Shown piece after piece: positions 12,188 through 23,800 of a DNA stretch of 64,000 nucleotides. Source of the DNA: Tubulanus polymorphus (lineage: Eukaryota > Animalia > Nemertea). The first letter of the stretch is position 1; the number at the start of each line of letters is the position of its first letter. A program made the position numbers and the translations under genes. The notes beneath the pieces are model-generated. The model saw only the letters and a list, made by a program, of their open reading frames with translations, did not search any database and was not told the origin of the DNA. The stretch is from NCBI RefSeq assembly GCF_964204645.1, contig NC_134026.1, positions 28,058,150-28,122,149 of the forward strand, given 5' to 3'.

Positions 12188-15100
12188 ATGGAGGATACAA
12201 ACTGTAGCAGCGTTGATAATGCAGTAGTGCTTAGTAATGACATTCTTTTTACGGAAGATGAACCCGGTCAAACTGTCGAAACATCCTCTATATATTCTAC
12301 GCCATCCGTTCATTCGAACTCTTCGCAAGAGGGAACTCACCGTTTTTCGAGGGATGGTAATTATTCGTCGCTGCAGCGTCGAGGCAGACGCGCTATTTAT
12401 CAGAAACATCGCGATGATTCCGATTATGGTTTCGTCAATTGCGTAACTTCGAGAAACGGTTCGGTATCGGACGATTACGCGGCTATCCGTGATACGCACC
12501 GCGGTCCTCCACCTCCGGCACCGCCTCGACCTAAACCTCGTTCGAATTCCTACGCGGATCCTTATTACGCGCGACATCGAAAACTGAAAGCTACGAACGG
12601 AATATTCGAAGATAATTACACCTTACCAAATAAACCGATGTTCGCGTCGCGCAGAAATACATGGTCTCCACCAGCCATACAACGAGCTGATTTATCTATA
12701 CCTCATTGTAGTAATGGAGAATATGCTGCGTTACGTAATTACAGTTCAAATTCGGACTCACATACGGGCGCAGCAGTATCGGACCGAGTTTATGAAATGC
12801 CTGATATCAAGGAACCGGCTAAGCTTCCGCCGCAGAGCGGTGTTCTAAACCAGGTAGGATATTTGTCGAGAAAAGCATTTGTTGTTTCTCTGTGAGAGGT
12901 AGGCTATATTGCAGAGTGTGAATTAGCTGAGGTTGAATGTCATTCCAAATGTATTATGAAATGTGAGTCAATATGCGCAGTATTTCTTTTCTTTATTAGT
13001 ATTCGGTCAACAGATAGGAAACTATGTGACACAGGTCAAAATTTCCCCCAATTTGTCAAAAACATTGCAGAATGGATCAAAGGCTAGATTCTTGAACCGG
13101 AAGTTTTATCAGTTACAGTTATTGTGAAATTTATTTGATCTAAGACATCAAAGGATTAGTAACGCAACCTTTCTTTATTGCGTGTCTAGTGACCCAGTAG
13201 ATGTCGCTACAGTGTCATAATTCTAGTTTGACAAATTCCCACCAGATGGTGTCAATGTGCTTGAAAAGGCTAGTACTAGAAAAAAAAAAGGCTAGTACTA
13301 GAGGGTAGTTAGGAAACTGATTAAATGGTCAATCCAGTTGAAGCTTTAGTGTTTCTCTAAGGGGCGGTTGTCGTGTGTTACTTCAAATAGATAATAATTC
13401 TACAATCAAATTTATGTTGAATACTTTCAGTTGTCTACAAAGTACAGTAAAAATGAACAATCACTTGAGCTCTTCAACTTCAACTCTACGATCATGTTTC
13501 TGAAAGTATAACATACTATAACTGCTTGTCATATTTTTCCTTTCCCGAGGGGATTTTTTTATGAGTCATCAGCCACAACAAAGATAAAAATTCCTTTGTA
13601 GAATGTATGTGATAACCCTGTGATATTGCAGCTTCAGGCAATCGGATGTATTTCCTGCTGGAGCTGTGTGTAGTTAATAAAATCAAATCTTAGTGCGTTT
13701 ATCAGTATATTTCTTAGTATTTACAGTTGATAACTTCTCTAGCTTTCAATTGACATTAGTTGGATATTTTCATTAAGCCGATACCCAGATATCATATTTT
13801 AGCTACATAAATAACACTGTGACTAGCGCTATAGTTTGAGAAAAGTAAATAACAGGTTAGTTGAAAGGTCTGAGTCAAGACTGATCAGTACATGTGTCTA
13901 GTCTCTGATAGGAATAATGGAATGGAGATTCACTTGTAGCTGTAGTGTCGGAACTCAAACTACTTTTGCCGATACTTTCCAAATTTTGTTATCTCATGGC
14001 TTAAAATCTCAACGCGATTTACAGGTGAGCTTGATTATAATAAATACTTTACAATCCAATCTAAAATGTGAGCGTCTCTGTGAAATGGATTGCATTTCAT
14101 TGTTGACTATTTCTTTATCTTCTCCTATGAAAAAGTACAATATTTATGTTTGTATAGTGAATGCCTACGGCAGTTGTTCTGTCCCCTATATGACAATGAA
14201 TATCTTTGGGAAGAACAAATGGCTGCTTAATTTATTGATGATTTAAAGCAAGAAGAACAAGTTCATATTCAGGTTCTATTATGTGATATACATGAATGAT
14301 CCATTAAAAAACATCTAGTAATATATTGATAACCATTTATAATCCAGTAACTGTAGTTTTCAGTTTGGATTTGTCTGTGAAAGGGGTATTATATGCGTTT
14401 AAAACTGTAAAACTTTCAAGGGAATATTAGATACATAATGCTATGAAAAAGTTGAACTGTTTGTTCTTTTATGGATATTGAGCATGCATTGTCTTTGACA
14501 AACAATATTAAGTACGAACATAAAACTGTGATAAACTATTTAGTTTAATAGCTAGGCTATAAGAACAAGTGACCCAGCTCAACTGATAGCTGATGATGAC
14601 TTCATTGCTGTATTGATTATTATCGATCAATATTGTTCGATATTATGGATTGAATGTTATTACGCAGGATTAGTTTATTATACGCGGATTTACCGCATAT
14701 TTTTATATCATAATCATCTGATTTCGAGGGATATTTGTTTGGTAGGAGATAGTGTTGTATCTCTATAAGAGAAGGAATAATGCACCCCCTCGGATGAATA
14801 TTAAATATTACCAGTGTGAAGTGTTTATAATGTAAACCTATAATTCAATGCGACTCAACTGCACATTTCGTAGCAGCTGGTAGCTGATTCTATGTATGGT
14901 AGACTAGTTAGTGTCATTGTTCGTACACCCGGGAATGAAAATAGAATGGCAACGTTAAAACGCTCTGAGAGTAAATTCTATCATTTCTTGTGGCTTAGGA
15001 TTGAATATTGTCTGATGGATAAATGGAGTTATTCGCGTTTAATTAGGCGGTCGGCAACAAAGTGTATGTGAGTGCAGTCAGAAGCTGTCGTGTACAGGTT

Positions 15101-18100
15101 TCATAGTAGTCAGTCAGTGTTCACTATATATGGAATAAACGAATTTAGTCTCCCGGTTAAAGGTGATATATCACAATAGATCGTCGTCGGTGGATATTTA
15201 GAATTGGAGTAAATCCAAGACGGGTATTTGCACTAAATTCAAACAATACTATGGTCTAGTATGATCGGATTAAATCGTGAATGTAGGATATTTTTACGGA
15301 GGAACTGAGCAGTACTAAACTTGTATACAAAACGATTATGGCATCTTTCTACCTCATTAGTCATCGCTGAATTCTATCACTGGAATGCACTGTTAAGTAT
15401 TCGAGTGACCTTAACGCGGTAATAATAATGGAAATTCAGCCATTTCGATTGATAAAATCTTCGACTATGTTCGCGGTGACGAAGTCTCGTAGCCAACCGA
15501 ATTTGTTGGATCAAAAAATGTATGTACAACATATAGGAGGTTCGTCATTGGATTTGTGTTCTTTGAAACGTCATTCTCATCTGGTAAGATTGCTCGAAAT
15601 CTTTTATTTTCTATTTAAATGATTTAATGTGATGATTTAATGAGATCGGAAATGATAGGTATGATAATGCTAGAAGTTGAATATTAAACATCTGTATTAT
15701 CTGTTATGGGAAATTTATCATCTGGAGATGTGAGCATTGTTTAAGATTTAAACACATTTCTTCCATAGAATGAATTGTTTACAAGACCATTAGGAGGTTT
15801 GAATTGAATTGCAGAACCAGTTTTCTCTTAGTTTTGAGATAATAATAGCTTGTTATTCTTACTTTTGAAGCTTTTGTCCTAAGTTGAAAGTGCATTCGTG
15901 CAAATATCTTGTTTTGTATATAAGTAATACGTGGTCAGTCGTTGGATGTACAGTGCAATATAAGTCTGATAGATTTCTATTTCATTTCTATTTGATCCAT
16001 AGACCTGTGAATGATAAACGAGTTAAATGAATAGATGGATGATATTTGACTATTAGTGATAATCATCATTCTGTATCAGTATTAAGAGCCCTCATGATTA
16101 TGAACAATCGAGGGATTTATGAATTATGCAGTATCTGCCGGGCACATCACTGTGTTCAGTCAATATGCTATACAATACAAATTCCACAATGTATAAGAAA
16201 AAAAGGTCCAAAAGGTTTCCTTGGGCTACAACTAAATGATGAAATAAACAGTACGATTCAGATTTCATAATTTTGCTGTTACTTAAGTATTCCTGAATAT
16301 AACTGTTAGAATATAGGCCTCCCGGGGGTAGTCGAAATTTTGGGGGGAAAAAAACGATAGCTCGAGGAAATATTTCGAACTGTTTTTCTTTCATGTGGCA
16401 TTTTATCGTAGATTGTTGAAACATAGACAATTTTTCATCAAGATTAATGTATGGTTCGTGATAATCCGTATTGACTTGTTGGTCGGAATATTTTGTGGAT
16501 ATTTGGTTCATCTATTGTTTATCAACTGGAAATTTCATATCAAGCCTCTATGCATTATACAGTATGTAGGCTACACTAGAACTCTTTTAGCATTGCGTGT
16601 TGTTAGTTTTTATCACAGCTTGAAAGATAGAATTTCTCCTCGATATAATGGCTGATCGCGCCTTTCTTTTCTAAAACAAAGTGTTCAGTTTCATAAAGAG
16701 AACAATTATTTTAAGATTGGCGGCTAAAACAACTGCTGGTTTTGATAACATACATTTTCTATTATGCGATGAATTTAAATTCCTAGTTATTTCCTGAATA
16801 TCAACTAACACTACTAGAATTCGATAAAGATTGATAATTTTGATGATGAGTCACGGGCTTTGCTGGTTTCTTGGAAATATTACCTCATAACTATTGACCC
16901 TACAATACTAATAAGCAGATCAATTAGATACCATTGTATCCATGGAAAGCACACTAAAGTACTTATGACATGAAAGTGTTTATTTTTCCTCTCAGTCATG
17001 GTAGACAGATTCCACTGAAATTGAGTTTAGAACACCTGTAGAAAGACACATTGATTATTATATAATCACTGTTCAGGATTTAGTCACTGATTAAATATAT
17101 ATGAACTGAAGTCTTATTTGCATATGTTGAGTGAAACTATCAGTCGGATTTCATTTTGGATTATTTTAAGATTTGAAATCATACTTCACAGTCATTTATA
17201 GCATTGCATTACTGGCTCAGTGACGAGCATGTTTGATATATCTTTGCCTCAAATTGTCTTCACATCTCAGGTTTGTTGTAAACTGACTAGCTGATCGTTG
17301 TACAGGCAATACGTGTGTTGACGTATATTATCTATCATTGAAGATTAATATTTGTCTTAATCTTATATATTTCAGAGTCCTGACAAAGTTGTGCTGCGTC
17401 CTCTTGCCTTTAAGCCGGTTGTACCTCAAAAACTAAGTCCGCCGATTCAGCCTCGCCATGACCCTAGTCATAGTCTCAGCGATGAGGGATATAGTGATAT
17501 ACAAACTTCACCGGGTAATTCTGGTTACGGTCAGATAATGCGAAAATACAGCGGTACGCGCTGCTTACAGAAAAATGGAGAACATACCGTTTATGGTGCT
17601 ATTAATAAAACGTACGTGGATCGTCCGAGATCTCAGTCTTCGTCGAGTCGATTGTCGTCGAACGCGATGATGACGCCGTCGCCGAGTGACAGCGGCGTCG
17701 GAGAAATCGAGGCTCTACTCAGAGATAAAGATGCTCAGATTAATCAGTTACGCGAAACGATGGATCAAAACGAACGCGTCATATTTCAGGTGCTCGAAGA
17801 AAAACAAATCGCGTGGGAACTAGAAATGGACGAACTTAAGCGCCAGTGTCAGGATAGGGTGAAATTCATCCAACAAAAGGCCAGTAAAGCGGAGCAGTCG
17901 TATATGCTTCAGGTCTACAAACTTCAACAAGAAAAGCTTAAGTTACAAGAAGATTCAGGTGAAGTTTCGAAAGAAAAAGACGCTTTCGATCGGAAGTGTA
18001 AAAGTTTAGAAACGGACTTAGCGGACAGTAAGTCCGAAGTCGATACGTTGAAATGGGAAATCCATCAGAAATCGGGCGAGATTTCTTTGTTAAAATCGCA

Positions 18101-18644
18101 AATCAAAGAAGCAAAAGAAGAAATCGTCGGAAAAGCTAGCGAAACGTTGTCGTGCAGAACTCAGGTTAAAGACCTCAGAGATATAATCAACGGTAAAAAT
18201 GTCGATATAGCCGATATGGATAAAGAGTTGATGGATATTAAGCAAAAACTGAATGCGTCGGAGGATGAAATCGAACGGCTAAAAAGTAATAAAACGGAGA
18301 ATAATTCGGTTTCGGACAAATTATCAGAGAACAGCGTATCGCAGACGATGCTTTCATTAGACTCAGGTGTAATCGAGGAAAACAAGGAACTACTAGACGC
18401 CACCGTGCTAAGACTTCGCGCCGAGTTGCTACAGCAACGGGAAGAATTCGAAACTGAACGCGAAATCTGGCTCGAAGAGAAAAATAAAGTGATATGCTAC
18501 CAGAAACAATTACAGTTGAATTATGTGCAAATGTATCGGAAAAATAAAATGTTAGAAGCAGATATTGAGCAACTGACATTAGATCTGGAACGAAGAGATA
18601 TGCAGTTATTAGACAATCCACCCGAAGAAGAATCAGCCTGCTGA
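12188..18644 (+). CDS. LZTS2: Leucine zipper putative tumour suppressor (LZTS/Fez1 family) coiled-coil protein
   Basis: Exon 12188-12853 (CAG|gtagga) joins in phase 0 to 17376-18644 (ttcag|AGT). The junction PAKLPPQSGVLNQ|SPDKVVLRPLAFKPVVP matches the LZTS PPKLxPxSG..RPxAFKPV motif. Also has KWEIHQKSGEISLLKSQIKE and FETEREIWLEEKNKVICYQKQLQLNYVQMYRKN (Fez1 domain). The paralogue number is nominal. Confidence 0.9.
13264..13301 (+). repeat. 16-bp direct duplication around an A tract
   Basis: AAAAGGCTAGTACTAG-A(6)-AAAAGGCTAGTACTAG. Confidence 0.85.
13917..14024 (+). CDS. Candidate alternative first coding exon of LZTS gene (36 codons, contains SVGTQT)
   Basis: ATG-initiated, exactly 108 nt to a strong donor CAG|gtgagc; phase 0, compatible with acceptor 17376. 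Confidence 0.5.
15428..15583 (+). CDS. Candidate alternative first coding exon of LZTS gene (52 codons)
   Basis: ATG-initiated (ataATGG), 156 nt to donor CTG|gtaaga; phase 0; preceded by a locally CpG-richer region ~14930-15500. Confidence 0.6.
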
Positions 18645-20846
18645 CAACTTTGTCAATATTTTGTGTGTAATTAATTGTCAACTTTTTTTCATATCAAGTC
18701 ATCAACTGTGTTTGTGCTCTTACTTTCGATCCATGCAAAATAGACAATCAATCGAGTTAACCATCGTTGTTAAGTGTTAAGGGCAGATGTGGGGATCTTA
18801 AAACACTGCCGAAAAACATCTAGTGAAAAAGCGAGAAGCTACCATAAATTCTATGAAAAAATGTGCTGCCATTGTTTCCATCTGTTTATTTCTTGGGTGC
18901 CTGGTTTCTAATTCGTTCATCGTAAAATGAATAGCCATCTAGAATTGCAACGAAATTGAACCGACAAGTCATAATCATGGTGTCAATTTACTTAAACAAA
19001 CATTTAATCCACTGCGCGTGGGCTGTCGCTTGTTTGATGGTTCATTTATTCTCGGTCATATTTTTTTGGAAAATAATGAATGAATTGATTTCAACTTCAC
19101 AACTTGACATAATGATTAGGATTGGAATTTTATCAGAATGACTCAGTCTATAGCTCTGGTAAACATGGTCTTTATGAATTGTAAGCTATATATTTCACTT
19201 GTGGAAGTGACACTATTCATATTGTGTAAACATAATTTAATCGAAGCCTAACACAATCGGTTTGACCCTTAAAATCTGACTGGTTTTTTAAAAAGAATCG
19301 TTCATATGCTTTAATAATGCCATGTCAGGAAATAGAATGAACTTTGAGATAACATTGATTAGTATTAAGTTTCTTAGGAATGTATCATTTGAGCAATTAA
19401 AAACTTCAATCAAATTCATTGACTTATATATCCAGATATCAGTGTGATTTGTAATAACTCAGGGCAGTTTCCGATCTGTGAAACTAAAACGGTTGTTATC
19501 TATACTGAGTCATGTTGAAAATAAAGTTAATTATTCTGTGAATTTATGTAACATTCCGATCGGTAAGCCCCAACTTTTCATAACATACAACAGCTGTACT
19601 CTCTCTTCAGCCTGGATGGTTAGAAAAATATGGTTATATTTCTGTTTCTTTTGATTAATAACATATTTTTTGTTATGACATGTGCTACCGATTTTTGGAG
19701 AAGGAACTTACCGGTACTTTATGTAAATCAGTAATAGCCCCACATCTTGACTGATTTAAAGGTCAGATATAGGTACATGCATTATATATAAGTGATGAAT
19801 CAGCCGTATTATTCCGACACATTCAATATGTAAAGATTCTGGATACGTAGCTTTAAATAAAGGATTTTTACCATACCGGTAAATTGATTTCCTATCGGCT
19901 ATTGCACCTTTGTTGTTACAATATTATGCATATACCCAGTAGTGCATATCTAGTAGGTCAGCGATTTCCATTTGCATACATTTATTTCATTGCAACTGCA
20001 TTACATTTGTTTGTAATTATGTGATGTAATATGAAAGCGTGTTTTGATACTCTGTTCTGCGCATTATTGAATGCTTGATTTTCAAGACAAATATATTTCA
20101 AAAATCAATTAAAATATCCATTGTTTGTTGTAGTCGCTTACTCTGTTTTGTCATGAGGACTTCAACCGCCACAAAATACCACTAAGTCCATACCAAGTGT
20201 TGAAATGTGCTTACTTCTGCTTAGTCCTACTACTGTACCACACTAGTGAAAAGGGCACTATAGAAATTGAACTATTATTATTCATAATGTCTCCAAGTTT
20301 CCTGTCATCTTACTGAAGTCCAATAACACCAAACCTATTCCTCAAAAATCCTCCATCAACTAACAAAAATCAAAGAATATATTAAAATTATCGTTTTATT
20401 GTTCCTACACAGATGATGGTACAAGTGAGTTGGCTGGTTATTCGATAAAGCTTTTATTTTCTGCATCTATGAACGATGATGAATCTAGTGCACAGCGAAC
20501 ACGAACTAAAACATACTTTATATGCATATAAATTAAAACCGTGGAATGACCTCACAAGACAGTACAGACAATGAACGATACAAAAAATCTATCAATTAGC
20601 TGATTTTCCACTACGTCTATATAAAAGCCACAGCATGACCATAACCTAAGCCAATGATTGGTTAAAATATGAAGACAAGATTGCAAGTGCTCGTCTAAGC
20701 TATCATTGATTCAAGAGTTCTAATCGTTTAATCAAGTTCGTAAATGTTATTCACATCTCATAGTTGAACTATATAGTTTTCATAAATGCAATTCATGCAT
20801 GAATTTTTTTAAAAGTCACTACAGTAGTTGATGGCCGGGGATGATG

Positions 20847-23800
20847 TTATTTGCGTCTGCTCGGTTCAGTCGCTGTCGGCGGAGGTGGTACGCCTTTACG
20901 ATCGAGATCTTCCATCCACGACATCAACATTTTCTTTCGTTCTTCTTCAACGCAATCGAGGATCAGATACCGACGATCGTTCTATGAAATGAGAAGAAAT
21001 TCGTTCAATAATCATTCTATACGATCAGTCTAGCGTGAAGCTGTTCGTGCATTATGACAAAGCGCCCACCTGTAAAACTTTAATGATATCATTGTAATGT
21101 TGTTCATTTTCCTGGCACATTTTCAAAGACCTGGAAATAGAAAACGTTGAAGATGTTTACTTAAGACAGACAGAGAATTTAATGTCTGCAGAGAAACCGA
21201 AACTTACTTATACGTTATGAGTTTAGTCTCTTTTAAAAGTTCTCTGAAATCGCTCTTTCCTTGTAGATACTTTTCGTGTATGTAATCGTTGAATTCTCGT
21301 TCTCTTTTCTAGAAATAAATCGCGATAAAAAACTGTAATTAAACTTAGATTCATTTGGTTGCATAACGGAGGAATCGTTGAGTAAAATCTTACCCGATCA
21401 CTCGACGAGAATTTACCATATCGCGGATCTTCTTTTATCAACTTTTTGACCTCTTTCCATGTCGACGTTAAATTTAACTTGAGAGAATAACAAATCACAA
21501 TTTTTAAGCAGTAGAATAAGCCAAAAAATTTCTAAACAAATTAGCGGCAAAAGATTTTACCTCGGACGTTTCTTCTAATAACTTGTGAAACATTTCTTTA
21601 TTTTTCTTGACCAAACATTCAACGTGTTCGTCGAACAGTTTTTCCTTTTCTTCGCGGTCCAATGAATCGACCAAGTCCCAACGATGGTCTTTACGAAGGG
21701 CCTTTCGCGTATCCCTCCATGAAGCATCGGCATTTCGTACCTGTACAATCAGTATACATATAAATAAATATACACAGGCTCACACGCAATATTTCAAATG
21801 GGAGGTTGTGTCAACAAGGGCAGCAGAACAGAAGGGAGCTCCAGAAAAATTTTGAAATTTAGGTGCTCTTAGTTGTGATCTCCTTTTGAGATACAGGCCT
21901 ACCCGTTTGTAGCGGCAGGTTTTCTCATTTCAAAATTGATAAAACGAAATAGATTTTCACATACCATATCTGCTAGTAAAGCTTTGAAATGCTGGACAGC
22001 TTCATCTTTTTTGTGCTGTTCTCTTTCTTTATCACGTTCTCTCAAAGATGACGACAACGATCTTTGTACCTCTTTTTCTCTTTCGCGAATACTCGCTTCT
22101 ATTCGCTCTTGTTTTTCTCTTTCTTTCTTATCTTCTTCATCTGACTCTTGCTGCTTCGATGAAAAACAATATGAGAATCACCACATTTAGAATTACCCGG
22201 TGATTTATGCAAGTGATTCAGTCTCTCTACATACCTTCGCTTCGTCGAGAGTTTTAATGTAATCTCTGAACCAATCCTCACGACGACCACTACTTTCAAT
22301 AGCTTTGTATCGAGGATCAGAATCGACACGTTTTTTCGTCTCCGACCAACGTGAGTGTCTGTCCAGATCATCTAACTCCTTAAGCATCGATATGTAATCG
22401 GCCTTCAGCTGAAATGGTTGAAACGAAAAAACGCTCGATAATTTTTGGCATAAATACTAAAGAAAGAAATGCAGAAAAACCCTCAGTAGAGGTAGTGAGG
22501 GTTGCGACATTTGCTCAAGCATCCATTGATCGAAAGAAAAATCATAACAATTTCAACCGAACTGAAGGTTTTTCAACACTTCTCTCTTACAACATCAGCA
22601 ATTATCCCTAGAATGATGTTCAACTTAAAAAAGCTGCAAAAAATTTCAATTTTAGTGCCACTGCTTTGTAGCATCGAGACCTGGTTCAAATGTCTCTACA
22701 CTGAGATTAAGCATCAAGAAGAGATTTTGATTTGATTTTCACCAATTGAGCTCAGTTCTTAGTTGGGCGGCCACATAGCAGTGGGCTGAAAACAAGTTCA
22801 TATATTCAAGGACAAGTTACAATTGAAACCTCACAATAAAGTATTTTATACAATTCATAGTGCATATTAAACTGAATAAAACATGTGTCATCATCATTGC
22901 AAGTCAGGGAATAAAGTCAATATCTAATTAGTATTAAGAATATACAGCGCCAAATATGATCTTCTTATATTGATCTTTCATTTTTTGCTACAGATGATGC
23001 CACACAGTCAAACGCCCTTTCCTCAAATAATATATTCTGTGAGAAAAGAGCAAGTACTAGATACTAACGCAGCTAGGAAGCTGCACCAAGGAATTTCAGA
23101 TATTTCAAATGATGTACTTCGCACAGCTCTCTAACTAAATTAGATCTTCCTACAAAACAATGACATATTCTGGGATGATGTGACACACCCATTAACAATC
23201 TCACACACATCATCTAGTAAGATACTACTATTTAAACATACAGCTTTTGTCACAACTTGGTTAACATTTTACACAGCTTAACATTTCAACATTTAGATTT
23301 TCAAAAAGCATTATTTCATATTATTTCTTGCAAAAATTACTATTATCATTAAATTACTATTTGCAGTAAAATCGATATACTACAAGAATGAATTCACTCA
23401 CTCACAACATGCAAATAAACCACATCATCCCAGAGATTATTAATGTTATCCCCTTTGTAGAATAAACTTCAGTACCTCAACAACTTACAAAATACGTGCT
23501 ACCATGACTTTAAGTAAATAAGTGGCTTTGATCCCAAAATGCAACTGACTGTCATCTTTTTGTGGCAATTTATTCAGCCTCGGTAGTTATTTCTTGTTGC
23601 GTTCTTCTCCGAAAAGGGAATGACAACATGATATAAATTAGACTGCGTTAATCAGAGCAAAACCTATCATTCAATTTCACTTATCAGGACAACAAGAATT
23701 TTGATCATCGAGTTCTTTATGAGACTTTAAGTTATCAATTCTTATCCACCAAAATTATGTCGGCAGTGTGTTTGAGCATTAGTTTTGTGACACATTTATC

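Noticed and set aside
16046-16655. Overlapping ORFs in the LZTS intron
   Set aside because: AT-rich, no recognisable motifs and no convincing in-phase splice sites.
22750-22895. Possible C/D-box snoRNA in the TCERG1 intron (ATGATGA..CTGA on the minus strand)
   Set aside because: Weak terminal stem, long spacing, no recognisable rRNA guide; such motifs are common in AT-rich DNA.
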